Source: the human T2T-CHM13v2.0 reference genome, Homo sapiens
Assembly: GCF_009914755.1 (NCBI RefSeq)
Contig: NC_060925.1
DNA: 64,000 nucleotides
Reading direction: 5' to 3' (one strand)
This document shows, piece by piece, positions 1-14,300 of the stretch. Numbering within the stretch: the first letter of the stretch is position 1; every line of letters begins with the position of its first letter. Made by a program: the position numbers and the translations under genes. A model generated the notes under the pieces. The model saw nothing but the letters and a program-made list of their open reading frames with translations. It did not search any database and had not been told where the DNA came from.

Positions 1-394
1 CTGAAGCCATGCTTATGTATAAGATCACCTGTAGAAGAGCATAGAAGAAGAAGAAAAAGGAGCCTATGAAAGCTTTGAGAATGCCAGCAGCACAGAAGGA
101 TGAATCACAAGTGGCTGAGAATAAGAGGGTGGAAGAGAAACAGGAAACCTTTTCTCAGATATTGACAAATTATCTTTCATCAGCTCTGCTTTAAGTAAGA
201 AAAACTGAATAAGGACACAAACTTCCATAGCCAAAGGGAAAGATAGAAACGAAAAGGCTCGAATATTGCATGTATGCAATGATCAATACTTGTATTACCA
301 AGAATTCCCTCTATTAAAATTCTTCCTTGCTACAGATTACACTATTCATTTACAAAGCTCCTACCATGTTTCCCTTTAGATGAAGTACACTTAC

Positions 395-557
395 CTACCA
401 AGTGACTCTGAGCTTGACCATATGATCATGAATGTGAGCAAATGTGATACACACCATGGCCAAGCAGAGACTTTAAATACACTTACATGGATTGGCTCCA
501 GCCCTCTTGGGTTTCTGCCCTCCACCATAAGAACAACATGTTCCTTCAACCAGGGTC
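395..557 (-). ncRNA. Candidate exon of a minus-strand lncRNA (LRRC52-AS1 region)
   Basis: Acceptor gtatcttttcattgcAG (AG at 559-558); consensus donors TAG|gtaagt (exon end 395) and CAT|gtaagt (exon end 487); another strong acceptor tttttcttcttcttctatgctcttctacAG at 30-29. lncRNA assignment is from memory of the locus. Confidence 0.4.
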
Positions 558-990
558 CTGCAATGAAAAGATACAAAGAGCAGAACCCAACATAAGCAAT
601 ACATAAATGAATGTGATTTTTTTTTTTATTTTATAGAGTTGAGGTCTCATTCTGCTGCCCAGGCTGGAAAGCAGTAACCCAGTCATGGTTCACTGCAGAC
701 TTGAACTCGTGGGGTCAAGTGATCCTCTTGCCTCAGCGAGAGGGACTGGGACTATAGGTGTGTGCCACCATGCCCAGCTATTTTTTCTTAATTTTTGTAG
801 AGATAGGGGTCTCACTGTGTTGCCTAGGCTGGTCTCAAAATCCTGGCTTCAAGCAATTCTCCCACCTTGGCCTCCCAAAATGCTGGGATTATAGGCATGA
901 GCCACTACACCACACCTGGCCTGAATGTGACTTTTAGCAGCTGAGCTTTGGGGGCTGTTTGTTACTGCAGCAAATGCTGACTAATATACT
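490..990 (+). mobile_element. Old MLT1-type MaLR LTR fragment interrupted by an Alu
   Basis: Typical MLT1 3' end ...TTTGGGGGCTGTTTGTTACTGCAGCA...CTGACTAATA at 945-987. Confidence 0.6.
617..921 (-). mobile_element. AluJ
   Basis: Antisense Alu dimer with T-tail; TSD TGAATGTGA at 608-616 and 922-930. Confidence 0.93.
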
Positions 991-2504
991 TGTCCACAGT
1001 GAGATATCTTTGACACCAAATCTACTTATTTTAAACTCCAGTCCAAAGAAGAAATAGCACTATTTGTCTAGATTGTATTATATACCTGGCACTAATAAGT
1101 GATTTATAGACATCATCTCATCTTAATCCTCATGACAATTATTTTCACCATTTTACATGAACAAATAGGCTCAGATAAGTTAAATACATTTCTCAGGATC
1201 ACAAAGCTAGCAAATAAATAATGGAAATGGAACAAAAATTCATCTAACTGATTCCAAAGCCCATGCATTCTCTATATTGCCATATTAATGAAATGAATCT
1301 CCTAGATATCAAAACGTAAGTCTCCCACATGGGAAACAAGACATATTAATACATTGACAGTTGTGCTGCTGTTGAGCAAGCCAAGAGCAACCAGCAGGAG
1401 AATATTTACAGCTCCGGATCCGAAGCTCATATTGCCACAAGCTCCACCTTCCTCTCACAAACTATCATAGCTGAGAAAATGGGAGCCTTATAGCTTGAAA
1501 TTTGGTGAAATGTGGTGCTCAAGTCAGGTCGCACTGAAACATTGGAAACAAAGGTTACATTTTTATCTCAATCTCTATAGCCAGGTGACTTTTTGTAATA
1601 GCTCACTGTGATCACCCCTTATGAATTCAGCTTGGGTTTCCCACCTGATCCTTGGTAATAGGAGTCATAACTACCTTTCTGAATCTTGAGGCAAAGTTAA
1701 ACCTTTAACATATTAAGGAACAAGGAGAAGCAAGATATAGTAATCACTTACCAGTGTCCATTTGTCCATTGAGGAGTTACATGTCCTGCTTGGAATTTAG
1801 GGCTGCCTTGCAGATCCCCTTATGAGACATTGTGGGGTCAGTGGGTGTGAGGAGAAATAGTGAAAAAGCATAAGCTTTGAAGTCAAACAAATCTGGGTTT
1901 AAATCCTGCTCTGCCTCTTACCCACTTTGTGGTCCTAGGAACTTGGCTTTATTTCTCTGATCATCAGTTTTCTTGGTGTAAAATTCGGGTGATAGTAGCT
2001 AATCCAATTAGCTGTTTGAAGATAAAATGAACTGGAATATTCACTTCTTCTCTACTGTGAATCATCAGCTTCTGTCTTGGGCTGCAAGGAGACTCTGTGG
2101 CCAGGACTAGGGCCCTAAGATCTCCTCTCAAGTTCCTCCCCTCCCCTTTAATGGCATGCACAATGCTGTATAATCATCATCACAGGCACCAACAAGGTCA
2201 GGCAGCAAATCGTGAACACCCACTCTATACCAACATTTTTCTAACTCTAGTGCTTACAACATTGAAGCAAAACAAATTGTATTACATTCATTTTAGAGGT
2301 CAGCAAACTGAGAGGTTAAGTGGCTTGCCACAGCTCAGACCCGGTCCTCCTGACCCCCAGGCCCACGCCTTTCCCACTTGGCACACTGCCTCCTGCTCTT
2401 AGCTGCTCAGCTGGTTATCTCTGTCCATTGCTTTCAATGAGACCTCTGAGAAAAAAACAAGTGTCCCTGGCAGGACCACACAAACTCACAAGAAGGTATT
2501 GATT

Positions 2505-4180
2505 ATAAGAATTGTACACCAAAAATTAAGTCATTGCTCAGAAAAATTAAAGGAAACCTATATTAAGGGAGAAACATTTCATTCATATACTGGAAGCTCA
2601 GTATTGTTAAGGTACCAATAATTCCCCCCAAATTGATCTATAATATTATCCCAGCAGGTTTTTTTTTTTTTGCAGAAATTGAAAAGTTGATTCTAATACT
2701 TACATGGAAATACAAAGGACTCAGAGTAGCCAAAACAATTTGGAAATAAAAAGAAAGTTGGAAGACTTATAATTAATTGCAAAATGTATCATAAAGCTAC
2801 AGTAATCAACACAGTGTAGTACTGACTATAAAGATAAACATATAAATCACTGGAACAAAATTGAGAGTCCAGAAATAATCCCTTATATTTATGGTGAATT
2901 GATTTTCAACAAAGGCACCAAGACAATTCAAAGGGGAAAGGATAATCTTTGCAAAAAATAGTGTTGGAACAAATGGATATCTACACACAAAAAGATTAAT
3001 GTACACCCCTGCTCACATCATACAGAAAAAATAACTCAAAATTAATCACACGCTTAAATGTAAGAGCTAAAGCTATAAAAGTATTAGAAGAAAATCTAAA
3101 ATCTCCTAAAATCTAGAAGAAAGTCTTCTTGATCTTGGGTAGGCAAATATTTCTTAAATAGAACACTAAAAGTATGACTCAAAAAGGAAAAAAAAATCAC
3201 ATGTGGACTTCATCAAACTTAATCACTTCGAGCTTCAAAAGAAACCATTAAGAAAGTGAAAGAACAAGCCACTGAGAAAATATTTGCAAATCATATATCT
3301 AAAAATGTACTTATTCAGAATTTGTAAAGAACTCTTACAACTAAATAATAAGACAAGAAACCAATCTGAAAATGAATAAAAGAGTTGAAGAGATATTTAG
3401 ACAGAGGAGATATATAAATGACAAATAATCCCATGAAAAAATGCCAACAGTATTCATTATTAAGGAAATGTAAATTAAAACCATAAGATACCACTGTACA
3501 CCCAATAGAATCAGAAAGACAGACAATAACGAGAGTGGTGAGGATGTAGAGAAGTTGGAAACTTCATGCATTATGGTGAGAATACAAAATGCTATAGCCA
3601 CTTTGGGAAACAATTTGGCTGTTTCTGAAATATAAATTTACCATACAACCCAGTGAGTTCACCCCTAGCTATTTATCCAAGAGAAATGACAGCATACCTC
3701 CACACAAAAATTTGTACAAAATGTTCATAGCAGCATTATTTACAATAGCCAAAAAGTAGAAATAATCCAAATGCCCACTAACTGTTGAATAAATAAATAA
3801 AATGTGACATAGCCACACAATGAACAATTCAGGAAAAAAAAATACTGATACATGATACAACATGAATGGGCCTCAGGAATATTAAAGAAGCCAGGCACAA
3901 AGTACTACATATTGTGTGATTTCATTTATATGAAACATCCAATAAAGATACAACTATAGTAACAGAATGCAGATTCCTGGTTGCCTGGATGTGGGGCTGG
4001 AAGCAGGAACTAACTGCAAATAGGTACAAGGGATTTCTGAGGGATGATGGAGATATTCTAAAACTGGATTGTGCTAATGGTTGCACAGCTCTGCAAATTT
4101 ATGAAACCTCATTGAATTGTTCACTTAAAACAGATGAAGTTTATGGTATGCAAATGATACCTCAATAAATCTGTTTTTTA
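2505..4180 (+). mobile_element. Ancient L1M (L1MB/L1ME-type) ORF2 3' part and 3'UTR
   Basis: A-rich decayed ORF2 motifs and characteristic end ...TTTATGGTATGCAAATGATACCTCAATAAA. Confidence 0.88.
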
Positions 4181-4729
4181 AAAGGTCTTAATGATTCCTT
4201 TGCAAAATATCAGAAACACGGCAAAGGAGGCAGCCTGATAAATCTCCTCTCCAGCCTTTCTCCTTTGTGTCCTCTGGGAAGGGCACCTGAGTTCCTACCT
4301 CTCCACACTAAGAACTGTCTCCCCAAGCAGCCTACAGCAGCTGTACTGGACTTCTCTGCCTAGAGACTTAGCGGCCCCAATTCAGGCTTCTGGCAGCAAA
4401 GCTCACCTTGCAGAAATACTATAAGAGTTATAAATACTTTAGGTCCTTAGAGAGCTCAGTCAGTTCTCTGCTATGCCACTAGTGACCTAGGGCAAGGAAA
4501 CTTCTATTCGTAGGTATACTGAGTGTCAGTGAGCAAGGCTGCAAGGCATTCTGGCATCATAACCTCTTTAATGGCATGGTTTGGACCCTTAAGAAAACCA
4601 TGCTTTATTAAAAGCTAATTCCTACAAGCTAATTGCAGCCATCACCCCAGAAAAACAGACTGGATGCAGATAATTCAAAGTCCATTCATCAGGCATAGGG
4701 GTTGGGGAACCTGACTTCAGAACAGGGAA

Positions 4730-4925
4730 AGGTTCTTAACCTCAGCCGCATAATTAAACTACCTGGTAAGCCTTTTAAAAAATACTATATCAGGTATAGT
4801 ATTTTCTATAAGTCTTAATCACCACAGAGATATGGATTTAACTGGCCCATATGGCTTAATATCTGTGTTGTTTTTAAGCTCCTCAGGCAATTCTCCTGCT
4901 CATCCAGGGCTGCAAATCACCAGCT
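4730..4925. mobile_element. MER5-type hAT-Charlie DNA transposon relic
   Basis: GGTTCTTAACCT...ATCTGTGTTGTTTTTAAGCTCCTCAGGCAATTCT...GGGCTGCAAATCACC resembles MER5A/B. Confidence 0.55.
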
Positions 4926-5609
4926 TTAGGAGACAGGTTTCTTCCACCTATTCTCTACCAGTGACTCACTCAAAGCCCAAAATGCACTACTCCTTAAAAA
5001 AGGACTTTCTTCCTCATCTAGTAAAAGCAACAGGATAAAGATGGCTGAATGTCAGACAACAGGATGTTGTCATTTGCAGTGTAGACACTGCCAATTTATC
5101 TCAATTTATCCCAAATGAGTTTATGTTGAGTGTATTGATTTATATGTCCTTAATCATGACACCCGTAAGAAGGGTGTCTAACATAACTGATAGTGGAGAG
5201 GCTAAAAGAAAAAATAAGTCTATTTTCAGTATTCAAGGACTTTTCTCCACAATAGGGAGGAAGAATAAAATTAATTAGCATCCAGTACAGTAGTAACACA
5301 TTAAATATTAAAGGAAATAAGCAAGCATGAATCTCAGACATCAGCAATCATGAGAATTTGGGACAGAGTTCTCCACTGGCTTCAGTGGACAGTAAAAGCT
5401 TTGTGGATGGGGCACAGTTCTATCTGGGCCTTGTAGGACCAATAGAATGTGAATTGGGAAAGTGAAGGAACAAAAAAAATCACCCAATAACAATAATTGC
5501 AATAGCCATTTACTGTACTCCAGGTATTCTCTCATTTCGAGCATCCTTTTCTTTAAACCTTGTAACCACCTTATGATCCTCATTTTACAGATGAGAAAAT
5601 GGGAGATTA

Positions 5610-5789
<180 letters not shown>

Positions 5790-7326
5790 TCAGAGTCAGC
5801 AAGCAGAATTCAAACCCATGTAATCTGACTTCAGAATTCAGGTAGATAGGCCAAGGCAGAAAGGCAGAAAGGCAGAAACACAGACAGGAATCTCCCATTT
5901 GCGTGATGTTGTGCAAGATTCCAGCCTGCTAAGAAGGTTGGGTTCTTGTCACTAAAAGCCCAGAAGAGAAGAGAAAACTGCCTAACTAGGACAAGGTCAG
6001 ATCATCCACACAGCTCTACCTAGATATTAAGCCAACTGCAACAAGGAGAGCTGAATCAAAAGTCAACCAAAAAGGGATATCCTTTTTTAGAAACACAAGA
6101 TGATAAAAGCATCAAATAGGTGAGCATGACTAGGGAAGCACAGGTCTGCAGGTTCCCAAGGGGTGAAGTTTCACCAGAGGCTGTGAAAACGCTGAGAGCT
6201 GAGACTGGAAAAGAGTCACTAGGCCTGAGTCTATGTTCCACCCATCAAGGACTCTCCAGGATGGTGTGAAGGGCAGAAGAGCTAGAAAAGACAGAGGCTG
6301 TGTGGAGGACATTCACAGGAAGTCCACAGGACAGCACAGAATGTTGAGGCAAGCAGCTAAGCCTGCCTGCCTTGGATGAATTACATTTTTCAAAATGCCT
6401 AGTTGAAAAGTAGTCAAAAGGTACTAGGCACCCAGTGTACCCGGGAGCATGACCATGGAAGCATCTGTGAAAGGCACACAAAATACGTGAATTCTGCCTG
6501 CAAGGAATGCATACTCTTGTTGGAGAGACAGGGAACACACACACAGAAAGAGAGAATGAATAGTAGTTTGAGTGATTTCCTCAAGTCATTGGAACCAACT
6601 GACAGAAGCCTTGATTATTTTGGCTTTTCCCAATCCTGCAATCTGAGAATAAGCAAAACACCAAGAAAGAAATAAAGGCAAAAAGAAGGAAGGGAGAAAG
6701 AGAGGAAAGGAGGAAGGGAAGGAGGGAGAGAATGGAAGGCAGGAGAGAAGAAAGGGAGGGAGGGAGAGACAACCAAATTCATATAAGAAATTCATTAAGA
6801 GCGATGTTAAGTGTGAACCATGTACCATCTGCATCAGAGTCACCCTAGGTACGTCATAACAAGACAGACCCTCTGAAGCAGGGTTTGGGAATCTGAACTG
6901 TGAGCAGTCCCTCAGAGGATGCTTAGGCACTCTGAAGTCAGAGGCCCACTAGTCTAGACACTGCCTAAGGCCAGTCCATGTGCTCAGACCTCTGCATCTG
7001 CTGCTACATCTCCAGCTACCAAACTACCTAATAATCTCACATACAGAAGACTGGTCCTAAGGTGAGACAAAGTCCCAAGTCATCAGATAAAGAGGAACTT
7101 ATGTTCACAATTTGTCGTGGGCTTTGGAGTGAGGCAGACTCCAATGGAAAGCCCAGTTCTCCTTCTTCCTAGCAGAGACTTTAGGGAAATTACTTAAACC
7201 CACTGAACGTCAGGGTCCTCATCTGTAAAATCCTCGTAGGATGGTTGGGAGGGTGATCAGGTAGGAACCATGGCTTTCTCTAAGCTGCCTTTTATTTGCT
7301 GACTTTTGAGAGGGGACGTCTTACTC

Positions 7327-7490
7327 AGGCACAGTCACATGTGCCTGTAGCCCTAGCTACTTTGGAGGCCAAGGCAGGAGGATAGTTTGAGTCCAGGAGT
7401 TCAAGACTGCAGTGTGCTGTAACTGTGCCTATGAATAGCCACTGCTTAGGCAACACAGTGAAACCCCATCTCTAAAAGAAAAAAAAAAAA
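7327..7490 (+). mobile_element. Alu right monomer (FRAM/AluJ fragment)
   Basis: GCCTGTAGCCCTAGCTACTTTGGAGGCC...CCCCATCTCT plus A-tail. Confidence 0.8.
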
Positions 7491-8020
7491 GACCAGACAT
7501 CTTAGAAAGATTCTTCAAATCCTAACCCTAGTTAGACATTAGACATTGAATGCCTCTCCTAGACTTGACTAATGGAGAAAAAATGCCTTTAAGTGTTTCA
7601 TCTGTTTCATCTTACTCATTCCTCAGAACATTCTGCTGACATCAACAGCCTCCAGGCCTTTGCACATGCATGTCTTTCTTTATGAAATACACACACACAT
7701 GCACACATGTCTCTACACCCTGCTTATTCTATAAATCCATATTCATCCTTCAACTTCTTGCTCAAGTATCACTTCTATTTTAAAATTTCCCAGACACCAC
7801 AGCCTGCCCCAACTCACCCATTCTCACTGCAGTGACGGCTCCCAGAACCTGAACAAACCACAAGTCTGATCTTGCCGCACTGTGATGACTGATCTTCTGG
7901 TTTCTCCCCAACAACCATGGGTTCCCCAAAAAGCAATACTTTGTAACCCTAGCACTTGCTATCATGCCTAATGTCTAGCAAGTACGCACAATTTGTTGCG
8001 TTAATATATTCCACATGTAG

Positions 8021-8978
<958 letters not shown>

Positions 8979-8980
8979 TA

Positions 8981-9890
8981 AAATATACATACATATATGT
9001 GTGTGTATATATACATATTATATATGTATATATGTGTGTGTATATACATTATATATATGTATATATGTGTGTATATATACATATATACGTATATATGTGT
9101 GTATATATACATATATACGTATATATGTGTGTATATATACATATATACGTATATATGTGTGTATATATACATATATACGTATATATGTGTGTATATATAC
9201 ATATATACGTATATGTGTATATATACATATATACGTATATGTGTGTGTATACATATATACGTATGTATGTGTGTATACATATATACGTATGTGTGTGTAT
9301 ACATATATACGTATGTATGTGTGTATACATCTATACGTATGTATGTGTGTGTATACATATATACGTATGTATGTGTGTATACATATATACGTGTATATGT
9401 ATACACATATGTATATGTGTATACATATACACATATATGTATGTATATATGTGTATACATATACACATATATGTATGTGTATATGTATGTATATATACAC
9501 ATATACATACATGCATGTATATATGTATGTATATGTATACATATATACATACATTAGGTAGGGGATAAAGCCAAGTAATTCTGATTCAGATTTTAAAAGT
9601 ATGTATGTATATGTATATATACGTATACACATATATGTATATACGTATACATATACACACATATATGTATATACGTATACATATACACACATATATGTAT
9701 ATACGTATACATATACACACATATATGTATATACGTATACATATACACACACATACATACATATATACACATACATACATACATATATGTATATGTGTAT
9801 ATATACATATATGTGTATATATTCCAACTGTAAAATATACATATATGTGTATATATATATATTCCACCTGTAATATATATATACATTCCA
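8981..9890. repeat. Complex (TA/TG/CA)n microsatellite-minisatellite with 30-bp higher-order units
   Basis: Five exact copies of ATATATGTGTGTATATATACATATATACGT (9061-9210) and four exact copies of ATATATGTATATACGTATACATATACACAC (9631-9750); near-continuous purine/pyrimidine alternation. Confidence 0.97.
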
Positions 9891-11038
9891 CCTGTAAAAT
9901 ATAAAATTATGACACTGATTTTTAAAGTGTTATATAACTTACTCATACTGTTGTTTTCAAAAGCCAGCTTAAGCCAGAGGGGGAAAAAAAATAATCACAC
10001 TAGTTTGGTCTTCTCTTTTAATCTGAATCAGAATTACTTGGCTTTATCCCCTACCTAATTCATTAGATGTGGCTCTGAATTGTAGAATCCACCTCATAAG
10101 CGGAAGATTTGCCGCCATGAAGAATATTAAGAAGACTCCCTCTGACTTCAGAGGCAATTCAAGTCAGTGCAATGAACACTAAGCTAAGTACTGAAATTCT
10201 ACAAAAAGGATCCTTCCAAAAACACAGCCTCTCTGATGGAACCAGAGCTCTCCTCCAAAGGTGCTAACTTCTTGTTAGGCTGGCAGGCTCTTCCCCAGAC
10301 CGTCTCTTGGTGTGTGTGTTTTTACCATAATTCTAACACAAAGAGTAAGAGTCCCATTTCTACCCGTGGGTGCTACCCAAGCTTACCTCGCTGCCCCAAG
10401 CCCAAAGTGTCTCCTTTATGGATCACTGCCCATGCCCTTCCCCGTGCCTGAGTTTAGCTTTACATTCAAGCCATTGATGGTAATTTCTCAAAATTCTACT
10501 CAATTAATAGCTACCATTTACTGAGTGACTCTGTGCCAGATACCCTATTAGAGGTTTTATAGACACTCTAGAAACTTATATCTCAAACAACTTATGACCA
10601 AGTGTTATAAGTATCCTCATACACAAGTAACTGAGTAAGTGATGGAACCAGGTGTGACTCCAAAGCTCATGTTAACTGTGGAGGTATACATCTTCCACTA
10701 GCTCATTAAATATTCACTTAGTACTCTATGGACGTAGTGTTATTATCTTATTTTACAGATGAGGAAACCAAAGTATAGCAAGGTCATTAGACTTCTCATA
10801 CTAGTTCCAAATTATTTGAGCCCCTCCAGTTACTCATAGCTCTTTAGGCACATATTTGCCAGCTCTGTGCTGGCAAATATCTTGCCAACATAGACAAAAT
10901 TGCAGCCAACCAGGAAGAGGCCAGTCTGAGAAGTGAAGACAGATGGACCCTCAAGACACAATCAAGCCTTACTAATATGTCTATGATCTTCTCAGTCACA
11001 TGAGGAATTAAATTGCCACTTTTACTTTAGTTTGACTT

Positions 11039-11360
11039 GGCTATAGTCTGAGTGTTTATGTTGAAATCCTAATCTTCAAGGTTATGGTATTAGGAGGTAG
11101 GACCTTTGGAGAGGTGATTAGGTCATGGCATAGAGCCCTCATTAATAGGATTAGTGCCCTTATAAAAGAGGCCTGATCTGCCATGTGAAGACACAACAAA
11201 TAGGTGCCATCTATGAACCATAAAACAAGCCCTTACCGGACACCAATCTGCCTTCACCTTGATCTTGGATTTCCCAGCTTCCATTAATAGGGAGAAATAA
11301 ATTTCTGTTGGTTATAAGCCACCTGGTCTATGGTATTTTGTTATAGCAGCTTAGATTAAA
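11039..11360 (+). mobile_element. MST/MLT1A-type MaLR solo LTR
   Basis: TGATTAGGTCATG...GATTAGTGCCCTTATAAAAGAGG...AATAAATTTCTGTTG...GGTATTTTGTTATAGCAGC. Confidence 0.85.
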
Positions 11361-14300
11361 ATAACTTCACTTTTTAACTGTTGCTTACAACCCAAAGAGT
11401 CCTATTTAAGACAAAAATGAACACCTGCAAGGTGAAACAATAAAATAATGTGGATGACTCTTTTAAAACTCACATACCAAGGTGTATTCATCCAAATGAC
11501 AGCAGTTCCTTTCGAAGTAGTTATCTTAAGGAAAATGAAGTTGCAAGTAAGTAGGCAACCAGAGGAAATGCTATGAAAAAATGCCCCCAAATGATGGTAT
11601 TGATCAAGCACTGGCCAGTATTTTGGAATGAATAATGTACATGATTTTGCAAGCCTAGTTACTTCATGTTGTCATAGGGAGTAGCTCAAGGGACAGGAAG
11701 AAAAGTACTTGCTTCCACTCATGTTAAAACTATAGGCTCTTGATCTGTCAGTCTGTTCTGAACATTGGTATAAAATTAATGAATAATCAGCTTCCTATCC
11801 CTGAAGTAATAGCCTGAAGCTTGCAGATAAAGTACCAAATCTCAACAAAATCAAACCTAAAGTCCCCAGATGTTCAGATAAGTCATATGCCAGGGTCTAC
11901 CTTTGGCCCCAGATTCTCCTGTTCCCAGCCTTGACTCAGCTGAGACTCAGTGGCTTCTCTCCTGGGACAATATCAATGGTTCAGCCAAGGCAGCACATTT
12001 CTATACCCAGTTCATGATCCATGGTTACCACTGCTGTCCAGACTATTACACCAGTGGAATCGAGTCACAAGACCATGCTTACCACAAGCTTTGAAATATG
12101 AGAAAACGGAAAAAAAAAAACAAAACCTCCCTTTAGAGCTGTGCTGTTTCTCTTCCTGTGAATAAAAGGAAATTCATGGTCATTACTCAATTACAGAAGG
12201 ATCAGATTAGCACCAAGAAGAATTTCCTAAGTATAAGAAGAAAAGAAGAACCTGTGAAGTGAGGAGTCTCACAATGCAAACCTGAGACTAGCTCAGGCCT
12301 GAGTGTGGCCTCCAACAACAGACCTGAGGCAAGAAGAGAGAAACTTCTCCTTTGCGTATTCCTCAGAGTTATCTTTGGCATTGTTGAGTTTGGGTTCAAC
12401 ACATTGTTGACCTCTCTTTCCCTGCCTAACTGCACATGAGAAAGTGAAAACTTGGATTAACATATTACACGTTAATGAGCCCATGTAACACACGTAAAGC
12501 TGGACTAGTTGCAGAGAAGCATTAAATCTAAAGAAAGAAGAAGTTAGCCTTCAAAGAGATCTGAAAACTGAAATTGTTACTGCAATTTCTTTAAAAGGCA
12601 CCAAGGGAGCATTCCTTTCATAATAAAAATAAAACTTCTCAAGACCCTCTTTCCCCATCCTCTTCCTACTCTCTCGTGAGAACAGACGTGCTACCAACTT
12701 CATGTCTCACACTCCCCCAAACACCCAAAAACTAGCTCTCAAATCTCAGCCTGCATTTGCTGTCATCCCCTTCCTGTTTCCCTTTCTGGAATATTCTTCT
12801 CTCCCTCCAGTACCTCTCTGCCCTAACCAATGTAGCTCAATCATTCAATTCTCCCTTCTCATTATCAGATACCACATAACAAAAGCAGCTGCCCATCCAA
12901 GAAACCTACTTTCTTTTAGAAGGCAGGAGGAATGGAAAGATTCTGAATGTGCATATGTAATGTTTTTGTCTTTGTCACATTTGCTCACCACGATAAAGAC
13001 TTAAATATATGGAAAGAGGCTGACATCTGAAGCCAGATGACCTGGATTGTCTCAGTCACTGCGTGTGACTTTGGGGCAATTAAGCTAAGCTTTCTGGCCT
13101 TTGTTCCTTTATGTATAAGATGAGGTCACGGTAATGCCTTCTTCACAAGGGTATGGTGATGATTAAATGAAAAAACATGTTTTGTTGTAGGAATAACAAA
13201 CCATAAAGTGTTTTATGAACATGATTTCCAATCCCACTGGCTTTAATTCTTTACATTGATTAGAATATTATATATACATCATTCCATGTTATTATATAAA
13301 GTTTAATCAGCTACTTGGAGATATAGTTTGTTAAGTCTGTCACTCTTCACAATCTTGACTAAAGTCTTAAAGGTTGGTTACCTTTGCTTGTGCAGTGAGC
13401 CACCTGATTCTACCAACCCATTTTGGCATACTCCATAAATTGGAATCCAGAGTCTTTAGACCATCAATTATAAATTTAAATTCCTAATTCTCAACTCCAG
13501 ACTTTATATAAAATATCTAAACTCCAGGCGCCATATAAAATTTCTGACCACAGCACAAAAGGTGTTTCTGACTTGAGCCCCCCTTTTAAAAAGAGAGTCC
13601 CATCTAATTTCTTATTCTATAAATCAAGACCCTTGTCACCATCAAGTTTCTAATGAATAGCAGGCAAAGGCATCAGGCACAGGTTAAAAGAGGACAGGAA
13701 ATAAATGGGGTCAAATTAGAAGGGAAAGGCATGTAGAACTCAAAACCAAAGAAACAAAGAATTAAGGAAAAGCACTAGAGTGCTTACACAAAAATACCAA
13801 AACCATTCCTTCTAAAATAGAATATGAAAAAATTGTGAGCACATGTGAATTTACTGATTTGCAGTGAAAATGATTCCAAATCAATCCCTTTAGATTCCAT
13901 GTAGGAAGGTGTAATTGTGAATAAGTCAGAGATTGGGTAAAAGGCGGTATAAAGAGAGAGAGGATGAAAGCACAAAGTGATATTCAAGCTGACAGAGGGT
14001 GGCACCCATAGCTAGGACCTTCTTAATCTTTGAGCTTCTCATTTGGGATATGAGTACCTATGTCCCAGGCATGAAAAAAAATAAGACAGCCCCTGCAGCA
14101 CCTGCTCAAGAAATGCAGCAGGTGGTGGGTATCCTTTCCTCCCCTCCTCCAGGATGGGCTGTGCTTCACCTTTTGATGAAGATGTGGCATTTACCTTGGT
14201 TCACAGCTGCCTCTTGGCTAACCCATCACTGAGTAGAGGGAAAAAGATAGACAAGAAAGGTTGGGTATAAGCATCTGGGAAGGATATGCTATCTTCATTA

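Noticed and set aside
9061-9750. Regular 30-bp repeats as a CRISPR-like array
   Set aside because: Head-to-tail units without unique spacers, in mammalian DNA, no cas genes.
13382-13543. Possible decayed 162-nt phase-0 minus-strand exon with donor AAG|gtaacc
   Set aside because: Two in-frame stops in 54 codons is what random AT-rich DNA gives; no recognisable protein.
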